Assembly: GCA_043228905.1 (NCBI GenBank)
Contig: JBHGNT010000014.1
Location: 14,880,001-14,944,000, forward strand
Direction: 5' to 3'
Source of the DNA: Azolla caroliniana
Lineage: Eukaryota > Plantae > Polypodiophyta
DNA: 64,000 nucleotides
The position numbers were made by a program, and so were the translations under genes. Positions 41,918 to 53,600 of this stretch are shown here, in pieces. Position 1 is the first letter of the stretch. The number at the start of each line of letters is the position of its first letter. The notes beneath the pieces are model-generated. The model saw only the letters and a list, made by a program, of their open reading frames with translations, had not been told where the DNA came from and searched no databases.

Positions 41918-43860
41918 TTTTTTTTTCCCAAAAAGATTTCTTTCATTAGTATTAAGAAAAAAACGTCGAAAGGCTAAAAATGTACAATTAGAGAGTGTTA
42001 TATACAAAAAGGATAATCAGGGGAAGGGCCATGGGTGATGATATTTCCAGATTGGTCCTTGAGAGGAGACCGTGAATAGAGGCAACTTCCTCCATAACTG
42101 CAGTAATTTTTTCCTTTTCTTAAGAACAACCTTCGAAGAGCCTGAGATATTGCCATATTGCCCACGCACTACCACCAATAAGCTTTCCCATAATTCTGGC
42201 AATATATTTGAGAGAAGGGGAATTATGGAATCATATCGTCTTTTACACCGATACTTCCATAAGGTCCATAATGTAACTGTGGATATTGTTTTCCATACAT
42301 GGGATGCGTGCATTTGCTTTCAAGGTTGCTGAAAAAGGGAGACAGATATTAGATGCCTATTGATGACTGTCTTAGCCTCTAGAGCATCATCTGCCTCATA
42401 CAATAAGAGACTGGAATGGAGAACCCCCCATACCGCTAATCCCTAGGAGAAGAGGCAACCTGCATTAATTGTTAGAAATAAAGAAAGAACTTCATTCCAT
42501 ACCTACTGAGCTAGTGAACAGGACCACATAGCATGATTGGTAGTTTCTTGCAAGTCACCACTGTAATAACTACATTGTCTAAGAACGGGTTCCACGTTTC
42601 CTTTCAAAGACCGACCTATTGGTAGTGCTGCATGTAGTAAAAGCCATCTAAGATAGTGTATTTTGTTGGTCCCCTAAAAGACCAAATCCATTTCCAATAA
42701 GCCTTCAAATGATTGCTTGTGTTGAGAATCAAGCTCAACTTGGTCTAGTGTGTGAATTCACCTTGAGAGTGAATAGACACTCCAAGGGTCAAGAGTCACC
42801 ATTATGTCACCTCTTTGTATTCTAGCATTTAGTATGAGTCATAGAATCATATTCTATGACACATAACTTATGAGCTTTCACATTCCCCATGCTCCATGAG
42901 TCTTGCAGTTAATGAAGAGAGAGGGTGACTATATAAAGCACCCTCCTCCCACCTTGTATTAAGTTGAGTCTTTCTCCTTTGTTAATACAATCTACCTTGC
43001 ATATACTCTGTGTCTTACTTCTCACTCACTCACTCACTCACTCACACTCTCTCTCTCATACACACACAGTTCACACCTATTCCGCTACACAAGAATCATA
43101 CCCGATTCTTTACAGCTTGAAACACCCCACTTATTCTAGTGCTTTTGAGCCGCAAGAGTTGGAATATTCTTACACATGAGTAAGGTGTTACCAAATTTCA
43201 CAATATACTGAAAGAACGGAACTTTCTACATTGGATCCATCATGTGACTAGTCCAAAACCATCCCCCTAGGTCCCACATCAACCTATTAACTGGTTGTCG
43301 TGCATATAACCAAAGCATATCCCACAAATGGGCTATTGCCGGTTGTGGATCCAAGAGCCATTTCTTACTAGTTTTGGGAATTACCCTAACTGGAACAATG
43401 AGTAGGTTTTGTAGCAAATTATTAGAGGGTGTATAAGGTTGCAATTTATTATCTTGTTGAATATGAAAATAATAAATACACATGTCTGTAGAAATTCCTT
43501 TAACAAAGAGCATCATGTCATTCGTAAGGCAACCAAACCACATGTTCTCCTGCATTGGCTAAAGTTGCACTGAAATATCCATTGTCATTGTCTTCACCCC
43601 ATATATCGAGTGTAACTGCTTAAGCCGATCCACTTCTAGCATCTGCTAAAAATGAATCTAGGATCCTACTGATGCTACTGGCCCATTGTCAAGTTTTCCC
43701 CATGCAAGATGAGGTCTAAGGCCCAATACATTTCCAATAGAATACCAGACGAGAGAATTAGCCAAAAGCGGTTGATTCATCCAACCATCCCACATGTTAG
43801 GCATCTCCTTGTGTAAAAAAATCTTGATTACATCTCATGCTCCGACGATTCCTAGTAGAA
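41918..43860 (-). mobile_element. LINE (L1-like) 3' fragment with zf-RVT-like region, interrupted by a solo LTR
   Basis: Minus-strand WLLLHAALPIG, C..ETTNHAMWSC..VW, LWTLWKYRCKRRY; poly(A)-like run at ~41918-41927. Confidence 0.7.
42751..43202 (+). mobile_element. Probable solo LTR
   Basis: TGTGAA...TTCACA termini, internal TATATAAA box then CT-rich tract; splits the LINE sequence; no convincing TSD. Confidence 0.6.
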
Positions 43861-43861
43861 A

Positions 43862-45905
43862 TCTATTAACATGTTCGTGTTCAAAAGTGGAAGGATAGCG
43901 CACAATTGGAAGGATAGGGAATATTTCGTTAGATTTCAGGGTTTTTTTAACCATCTCACAAAAAATGTGATACTTGTATCACATGTGCTCAAAGACTCAA
44001 AGGAAAAGCTTAAAATATCACCATGTCATAAAATTGAAAATTCACAAAATTAGACAAATGGAAGAATTTTACATGTTTTTATTATTGTAAAAATAACAAC
44101 TCATGTTGTTTATAACAAACAATATTCATAATGAGCGATTGATTTAAAAACAATTAAGGTTTATATAATTTGAGTTCTTACAAGCTTATATTGTTAACTG
44201 TTCATGCCAAAAAATACAATAAAGAGTTATTTCTCCCAAGAGAATCACTACTATAGAGCCTAGTATACAACGGTGATTCATCCTCCTCCTCATCAGATGT
44301 ACCAATCAAAGCATTGTCTTCATCTAAAAGCAAATGTTGTGACTCCAAATCATGTGTAGAAAATTTGGTCTGCCTTCGATTTGAGAAGCCTTGTAGACTT
44401 GGAAATTTCTCTTTTATTATGTCTATTGTTTACTTCCTTAACGTCCAACTTTTGTTAGTGTAAAGTCGTACACAATGATATCCACATCTTGCATGTCAAG
44501 GGTCGATGTGTTACGAATATTTCTTTTCCGCTTTCTATTTCCTCTTGATGTTGGGCATTCCATCATCTCCAATGTATACTTGCTTGTAAATGCATTCTTG
44601 CTTTTAGTGTTGTACCAATGCACCTTTGTAGACTTTATCTGATTTTAGTTTTGATGCATCACCATGTCCAATACTTTACCAATTCAGAATTGGTGCCCCA
44701 TGTCATTGTCATTGGTAGGTGTGGCAATTAACATCCCAACCTTTATTTCTTGTGTGTTCCCTTGCCAACGGGCTTCTACTGCTTTTGTCATCCTTGGTCC
44801 CACATAGATATCTCTCTATTGTAGATGGAGCAAGTTGTCAAGATCCACATTAGTTACACAAGGTGAAGTTTGAGAATTAGGAGTGTGTTGTATGGACCAC
44901 ATAAATGGTATTTGTAAGGGCCAAATTCCAATGAAGGAATTATCAATAATTCCTTGTTGATCACTAAAGAACATGTCCCACCATGAGGTATCTTGTGGTC
45001 CAACATACTTCTGTGCATTATCAATGTGCTTCCTTTTGTCCTGTAAGGCTTGCATCCAAAAGTTCCTTTGTTCATCTATTAAGTCAATGTGCATTTCCTT
45101 TTTAGTCTCAATCGGCATTTGTTTTGCACCATGAACAGTAGTTACAGATGGCGTATGAAGCAAGAACTGGCAACTGCCTTTTGGCTCCCACTATGGGGAA
45201 GATGAATATGGCTTTGCATGCAATAATGTACAAACATGTGATTGAAGCTAATATTGTTTAATTGGGCTAACACTTTCACATTCTCCTCCCCACCATCTGT
45301 TATGTATCTCTTAAAATCGTATATCTCCTTTAAGTGGAGCACATTTGGACGTGGCGTATATGCATCACAAATGACATCAAATAACTTCGGTAATGTGAAA
45401 GCATCATATCGAGACAACTGTGTAGAGAAATTTATTGAACATCTGATCAATATGGTCATGTGTGTGACCAACCAGAAGGAAGTTAACTTTAACTTTCCTA
45501 AACAATCCTTGTTCCACCAACATGCTCAAATATCCGAAGACAGTTGAATTCTTGTTCTCCCTAACAGTGTTGTCCAATTGAATGTAGAGAATAGGGAGCA
45601 ATGGGTGCCCCCAATTCATCAGAACGCTTTGAATCATAGTAACTGTTAGGTTGGGGTCGTTGTGGACATTCGGGTAAGTAATGAAGACGCGAGGTTTAAC
45701 TGTCCCATTATAAGCCAAACAACCCACCAAGTGCATCTGAACGAGATATTCATCGTTGACGTCTTTCGGAAGCCTCCTAAGGTGCAGTAGACACATCTTC
45801 TTCTGGTCCATACCATAAATCATTAGACACATATATTGTTCTGGTTTCTTCAACAACTTCTCTCTGTGGTACATTGCTTTTTTCCCATGGACCAATGCTT
45901 GCGCT
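43862..45905 (-). mobile_element. DNA transposon 3' half with frameshifted DUF7869/Sola-like DDE transposase
   Basis: IYGMDQKK, LYIQLDNTVRENKN, FLLVGHTHDHIDQMF, IYDFKRY across ORFs 45404-45934, 45142-45471, 44816-45163, 44438-44623; terminus at ~43862-43900 matches the TIRs at 38619 and 41849. Confidence 0.75.
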
Positions 45906-48696
45906 TCTCGATCCGACTCCTTGTCCGGATCCAATTGGCTCCCCTTGTTCTTCAGTCGACATTCAACTTCCGACTAGCCGGGAGGGTGGACTGGTTTTCT
46001 CCTTCTCCTAGTCAGCAATAGTCTTCTCCTCCATGAAGAATATGTCCCGCTCCGGATGACCTTCTTGTTAGTTAAGTCCCATAGCCGGTAGCCAAACTCA
46101 TCGTCGTTGTATCTTAGGAATATGCATGGCTGAGTCTTTGGGTCCAATTTCCCCATCTGGTCCTTCGCTACATGCACATATGCAACACAACCGAACACCC
46201 TTAGATGTCGGTACGACGCGTCTTTGCCGGTCCACAATCTTTGTGGAATATCTCCGTCCAAGGGTACTGAAGGTGACCTATTTATCACGTAGACTGTTGT
46301 CATCAATGCCTCATCCCAAAATGTCTTGGATAGTTTTGCATGTGCAAGCATAATCTAGAATCTCTCCATGACAGTTCGATTCATTCTCTCAGCCATCTCA
46401 TTAAGCTCTAGCGTCTTCGGCACGGTGTATTTGAGTTGGATTCCCTTCGACCAACAGGAATCCTTGAACTACTCACGGTATTCCCCTCTGTTATCTGCTC
46501 AAACTACTTTCAATTTCCGACCGATCTCTCTCTCAGGTCTCTCTCGGAAATCCTTGAAGACAACAACACCTGGTCCTTGGTCTTCAATACGGAAGCCACA
46601 ACTTCCGGCCACAATCATCAATAAAGGTCACAAAATATTGTGAATCGGCATGTGACTTTGTATCTATGTAGCCTACGTTTGTATGCACAAGTTATAGTGG
46701 TGCCTTCTTTCTCATCGGAGGCCTAGATCGGAAGGAGGCTCTATTCTGCTTATCGGTCAAGCAATCGATGCACTTATCAAGTTGCACATTCTTCACCTCC
46801 GGAATGAGGTTATCCTCGGCAAGCTTCTGCATCCCCTTCTCATTCATGTGGCATAGCCTCTTGTGCCACAACTCACCGGATGTGCCGACTGCCACATTTA
46901 TTTCCTCCCGACATACTCGAGCATGCATAAGATACAATGTGTTTGTCTTCTAGGCTCGGGCCACAATCAGGTTTCCTTTGCAGAACTTTAGAGTGTCATT
47001 CCGGATGTTATCCATGTAGCCTTCATCATCTAGTTGACCGGCTGATATCATATTCAATCTTACCTCAAGAACATGACGCACATCTTTCAATACCAGTATG
47101 CACCTGATTGAAGTCATCAAACACACATCTCCTATGCCGACAATTCAACATGCTCCTATGCATCTTCACAAATATGTGGTTCCCGACTATGTATGACGAG
47201 AAGCATTTCCGGTTAGGTGTTAGTTGGAACGACACTCCGGAATCGACCACCCACGTCGTTTCATCACTGATCAGCAACAATTTGTCTTCACTTGTCACAA
47301 TTGCTTCAGAGGTGCTTTTTCTGTCTAGAATCTTCTTCGGCTCCGCACCATCAACTCCCCCATTCTCTTTCCGGAAGTGTCGGCAATTCTTTTGGAAGTG
47401 CCCCGACTTCCCGCAATAGAAGCATGCGGGTCTTTCTCTCGACTTCAACCTCATCCCTTACTTATCCCGGTTCTAGGGACTTCTATTCCGGCCTCTTCCT
47501 CGGTTCATGTCACCTTTTGTGACTAGGACCTTTGGGTCGATTACGGACTCTCTGTCCTTTTGGCAAGCTTCTTCATTCAGCAAGCTCGACTTCACTATCT
47601 CTAGGGATAGATGTTTTCCTTCCAGTTTGGTGTTGTCTAATATGACAACCAACATTTCCCAACTATCTGGAAGGGATCCCATCAACAACATCGCCAATAC
47701 CTTGTCAGCAAGAGGTACTTCTAGAGAGGTGGTCTGGTTGATCAATCCTTGGAAGGCATTCAAATGCTCTGCCATACTGGAGCCATCCTATACTGGAGTC
47801 TCACAATCTTCTGGAATATTGAGACCCTATTGATGACGTTTTTGTTTTCAAACATGACATTGATCTTCTTCCACTGGACGTCCGCCTTGGTCTCTTCATT
47901 AAAGTTGTTGTATAGATTCATGTCTATAAAACACCTAATCTATGTCGTCGTCTTCATATGCATAACCTCTCAAATTGACGCATCAATCTTGTCTGGCCTT
48001 TTATCTCCGAACTGCATCGGCAACAAGAGGTCTCTGCAGACCACATGTCTCTCATCTTCGACTTCCACACAAAATAGTTGGAGCCGGTTAACTTGAACAT
48101 TCCACTAAAGTGATCATCCATCGCTCTGATACTAATTTGTAGAAAAAGAGATCGACCACAACTGATTATCACTCACAAGAGGAAATGAGAGAGCAGAGAA
48201 ATGAATGCGCATACAAGAAAACACGAGATGTTTACCTGGAAAACCCCGAAAGGGAAAAATCATCAGAGTCCACAAACTCCGAACTATTACACTATGTATG
48301 AGAAAATACAAGGAGACTCGCATACAACAACCTCGAGCTCGTCTTCGTCTAACAGACAGTTACAACAGAGTTTACAACTCCCACTCACTCTCTTAGTTAT
48401 TGAGGCAACAACCAATAGCAACTATTCATCCTCATATAATGATTTGCCCTAGTGTATTTATACTAATACAACATTAGGGCTATTTACAATTCTGGCCCAA
48501 AATAGGTGCAACAAAACATATTTACCTATATGTCCTCTTTCGGATTCATCTCTGGATCCCATTGGATGTCATCTTGTCGATCCGGCTCCGGGTCGGAGCC
48601 ATCCGGTCTGGCTTGTACTCATCCCATCCACTGCTCACTCTTCAGACTCCAAGTCGGCTCGTGCTCTACCCATTCTGAGGGATTTGTTTCCTAACA
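45905..48696 (-). mobile_element. Ty1/copia retrotransposon, 5' half (LTR 48138-48696, gag, protease, integrase; RT and 3' LTR missing)
   Basis: LTR TG...CA; PBS TAGTATCAGAGC (iMet type) at ~48123-48134; zinc knuckle CFYCGKSGHFQKNC; WVVDSG; LWHKRLCHM; FWDEALMTTVYVINRSPS; HLRVFGC; GYRLWD. Inserted right after the gypsy gag motif PMDI. Confidence 0.93.
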
Positions 48697-50149
48697 CAAT
48701 GTCCATGGGGGCCACTCCATGGTACTTGGCTTGCATATCAGTCAATGGTGGAGGGGGCCAACGTGGTTGGGAGTCAGATAGTGTACAAAATTCGATGCGT
48801 TGGGCGATGACGATGGCTTCGTTTAATGTCTTGGGACCTTGGTCTCGGGCGCAACGGGTGATGTCATGACGCAAATGGGGCCATAAGAAGAAAAGCTTGA
48901 TATGCTCGGGCATAGTAGGATTGGTGCGAACAAGCAGTTGATTTAAGCAAACACCAAATTGGTCCACTGGTTCGTGCGCTTGTTGTTGCAACGTCTCGAG
49001 TTATTGCAATGTTGTCTGGGCTGAATTTTGACGGGCAAAGTTTTGCACGAGGAGATCTCGGAGGATCACCCAATTCTTTGTCACTTCGCTTGCTTGTTGT
49101 GTACTAGGTGGCAGGACATTTTTGAGTGGTGTGCGAACTTCCAAAGCTTTGCGCACATCAGACCATTGGTGGTATTTGGAGATCATCTCAAAGTGGTCCA
49201 ACCAAGCTAATACATCCTCAGAGGGCAAGTTGGAGGACTTCGGGTGGATTTTGGAATCTAACCGATCTTGAGATCATTCGTTGTTAGTGAAGAGGAAGGA
49301 GAGCATAGCTTGATTCATGTGGCTTATTTGAAGCACGGCATTAGAGAGGATTTGCAAGCTACTCCATTTGGAAGGGGGGTGGCTGCTCATGAGGTTGTTG
49401 GAACTTAGGCTGCATAGGGGTATCGACTTTGGAGGCGATGGAGGGAGTTGGGACGCCATGAACAAGGTGGTAGCGGCTAAAATTTTACCCCACATCTACA
49501 CCAATATGTGAAATGCACATAAAAAGCATCAAAACCAACTTAGCTTCTTACTTCTTGCTCAATTTATTATAGATACAAAGTACCCATTTGGGTTGGCTTA
49601 GCTACATGTGTACTAAAAGGGTGTGTTAAAAGGATGGCACAAAGGTACCATTTATGTTGGCTTAACTACATGCGTGCTAAAAGGGTGTACTAAAAGGGTG
49701 GCACAAAGGAATAAATGTACACCACAAAATGAAGGCATGGACTTGCACCAAAGGGACACCACAATATTAAGGAGAGCCATGTTAGAAGCATAAGTATATT
49801 TAATATAAGTCTTTCTCTAGAAACCCTGACAGAATTTTAAATATATATCTAGAGTAGCTAGGGTTTCTAGTTCACAATCCATTTAGGAAGGAATTTTTAA
49901 TATATCTAGAGTGGTGAGGCTTTTCGAACTGTTCATTTATTAGCATCGAAGTTTTTCAGAAAAGCAAAGGATTTTAAGTTTTTCTCGAAGGAACTGAAGT
50001 TTTTATTTCATTGTTCAAGATGTGGAAGGATTGTAGTGACGAATTCATGTTCTCAACCTTATTTTCCAGCAGAAGTTGTGTATCTTGCTCATATTTTAGT
50101 CAACATTGATCTCTATGCAAATTTGATAAGTTACGATACCAAAAGTATT

Positions 50150-50484
50150 AAATTTGAGCTGATGCTCATAGCCTACATTGATCTGATGCATAAGCATCTT
50201 TCATGCCAAACAACATCAACTTGGCCCACAAAATTTGATAATTTACGATACAAAAACATTACATTTGAGCTGATGCTCATAGCCATGCATTACATTGATC
50301 TGATGCATAAGCATCTTTCATGGCAAACAAGATCAACTTGGCCAACAAAATTTGGGTGTGCGATACATGACTGATTTGAGCTGATGCTCATAGACATGCA
50401 TTACCTTCATCTGATGCATGAGCATCTTTCATGGCAAACAAGATCAACTTGGCCAACAAAATTTGGGTGTGCGATACATGACTG
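50150..50484. repeat. Three ~110 bp tandem units downstream of (or in the 3' UTR of) BRUTUS
   Basis: ATTTGAGCTGATGCTCATAG...GCATCTTTCATG.CAAACAA.ATCAACTTGGCC repeated three times. Confidence 0.9.
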
Positions 50485-50668
50485 GCAGATGATTTTTGAG
50501 AGAAATCTGCTGAGTGGCTTATCCGAGAACACTCTGCTGCCTTCAGATAACAAAGGCAGAGTGAGGGTCAAAAAACTGCATGGAAGACTGCAAAAATAGA
50601 TCAGATTTTTACAGTTCTCAGGTGTATTGAGTTGGTTAATGATGGTACATGCTGCAGTTTGATTTACA

Positions 50669-53600
50669 TCAAAGAACCGAAGTGTTGTAAGAACCGCAGC
50701 GCTCACATTTGTGGTACAACCAATGAAATGGAGCAGAGCCTCTTCGTTCACAGTCTTTGCACAAAATATCCTGTAAAGTCGATCCAGTTCATTCACATAC
50801 TATACACAAACGCACTTATTATCTATTCTCTTAGGCTGATCTGTATACAAAGATAGCTGTATAAAGAAGATGGTCAAGCTTCATCACCTGTTTTCTACTT
50901 TTATATTCATCTGGAAGTTCCTCCCTAGCTAATAAAGCATCAATCATGCCAAAATAAACCTGCAAAAAAATAAATTGGACAGTAAATATCAACATTGAAC
51001 AATCTTCTCTCTTTCTTTCCAATATTTGTGCATAGTTTCTTCTTACCGACATATCTCCAAGAGATTTGCAGCAAATTGGACAAGTATAGCGTGTAGCTGC
51101 ATAAGCCTGCATTCAATGCAATCTTTTAGTTCACTCTACAGGAAATGAAGATGTAACAGTGCATTGCATACATTAATTGCCACTTGCCTGGAAACATGAT
51201 GAATGCATATAATGGCCACAAGAAAGGGCTTTCACTGGCGCTTTCGATGTGAACAGAAAATCATGGCAAATTGGGCAGTTAGATTCCAGACCCTTTTCTT
51301 GGCATTTGTGAGATTTAAGGGACTTGTGCATACATGCATTACATGTCATGCAATGGAAGTAATCAATCCCCAGTCCTTTTCCAACTCTGCACATGTTGCA
51401 GTAAGGACAGTGGTATATAGCTCTGGCAAATAAAAAAAGGTAAATCTGATGTTAGTTAATAACCTCAGAATGAAAAACAAGGATTTCCTCTTTCTTTTGA
51501 TGTAACCAAATATTGAGAAAAAAACTCTGAATAAATTTTTGTCGTTCCTCAAATGCCATCGGTCAACCCCTGAAAGCTAGATTATTTGGGCAATTGTATT
51601 GTCAGTTCATCCCTTTTTTCTCTCTTTTAGGGTTGACCAGAGGCATTTGAGAAAATAATGAGAAAGTCAGGGGCATTTCAGAGTTTCTACTTATTTAAAT
51701 AGAGAAAAGCCATCACCCTCAAGCATCTGCATAATTAAATTAGTTTTGATGAGAATTTACAAACCTTTTAGGACAATCAAAGAATTTACATATGTTGCAA
51801 TAGTATGTTGCCATCATGAAGTTATTGCAAGAGGGGGTGTTGCAACATTGGGCCACTGGTTGAATCTTCAAACATTTCATGCACATCATCTCTTTTGTAG
51901 CATGCCTGAAAAATAGCAATCTCAGAAACATTGAAGATGAACTATGAAGCAGCACTAAGTGAATACTCCTACCTGTCCATTACATGATCGCTAGCTTTGT
52001 CATGGCAAAGCCTACACGTAAAAAGCTGGCCACAACATGCAGCTACTAATTTACAGTTTCTCTCGTAGTGCTCACAACCATAGATTCCTTTTTCCTGATC
52101 ATAGAATGATGGACACCTTCCAGTGATTTCATTAGAATTGTTGTGTGAAGTAGACGTTTCTGATTCCATCTGTTGAGTAACAATCCAACGACTGCATAAG
52201 AAAGAATATGAGAAGGTTGTACCAATGTTAAGAAAGCATATGTCCAGGTTGTAATACTTAATAGCAAGAAAAACAAGAAACTAGATGCAATGCTCACCTA
52301 GCCATCAAATTCTGCATGAGATAAGCTCTCTGTTGAGGATCTAGAGAAGCATCCCGTGAAACCTTCCTCAATGCAGCTTCTAGCTCCTCCTGGTTCATGC
52401 GAAAAATGTCCTGCCAACCTGGTTTGAAAGTGTTCGTACCTTCTTTCAATTTCCTGAAGCAATCATAATCTTCTGAGGAATAATGCTTGTGTTCATTATC
52501 AACTTCCTGCATGTGTTCACATTGTGATGTTGGACAATTAACATCCTCCAACTTAAATTTCTCTTCCTTGTGAAGATGTCCTTTACAAAGAACTACTTGA
52601 TTGTCAGCTTTTTCTGAAATATGATCACTAGCATCTTTGGCATGGATATGCATCTCATTGCTGGCATCCCTGGCCAGGTAATCTGCCACCATCTTTAGAC
52701 ATTCGATACTTCCAGGTTCAGGCATGTTGTCTTGCTTCAAAGTTGAGGATTGAAGCTTTCCAGCATGAGAGGATAAAATAGGATTAGAAGGAAAGCAGGT
52801 GTACAACCACTTATCGAACATTGTATTTCGTGCCGCATGGAGCCATGCGTCAAACAGATTACCCTGCTCTTCTAATGACAGTGCTTCAGTCACCCAGGGG
52901 ATCATGGCCTGAAGGACTTCTGCACCAGTTATCCCTATTATTCTACCGACTATCTGATCTTGCTCCTGGAAAGAAAAATGATCATAAAACTGAGGCCATA
53001 ACTCCAGCTCTTCTCTAGTCATATGATCATTTATGGTGATGTGCATTGATTTGCACATACTCTGAATTTTTGCGCAAAGCTCGTCCTTGTATTTCCTATC
53101 ATTTCTGAGTTCATAATCTAGGGGTTCCTCCAGGAGGTTTTTCACATCAGCCTTCACAGGTTTACCAAATAACAGTGTGAGCTCTGCAAGAACGGCGGAT
53201 ATATCTTTGAAGATGTGCTCGTCATGCTTATGTTCGATTGCAAACAAGTGGCTTACATTATGTAGAGCTTCCTTCGCTTCTAATGCAGGAAAAACAACCT
53301 CATCTTCTGCATTGCTGTGGGCATGATATAGAGCCCATAACATCTTGAAGCGCCCTGTGAACTGCCTCAAAAAAGCCTCACCACATTCAGCTATTTTCCC
53401 TGACTCCTCATCTAAATAAACTAGGTCTCTCCGGATTGCTTTATGAAACTGAAAAATTGTGTCGATGGGCTTCACATGCAAACTCCCACCAGTTGAGGTA
53501 GCACTAGAGGTGGCTGCACAACCCATGCCAACAAATCCAACGTGAGTGCATGGTAACAAGCTAGAAGATAATGATTTAAAAGGTTGGAAAATCCCAGTTC

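Larger units (their letters stand above)
36114..49763 (-). mobile_element. Degenerate Ty3/gypsy LTR retrotransposon enclosing nested insertions (5' LTR 49507-49763, gag ~48697-49480, RNaseH/integrase ~36300-37890, 3' LTR 36114-36297)
   Basis: Two homologous LTRs (TGTGGTG...TTTCACA on minus); PPT CAGGGGGGAAA next to the 3' LTR; PBS 49486-49503; flanking ATAT/ATAT; gag (WLDHFE, APMDI), RNaseH (IETNHQPL, RLLRWTLALQDYQF), integrase (SPYHPQTNG). Confidence 0.88.
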
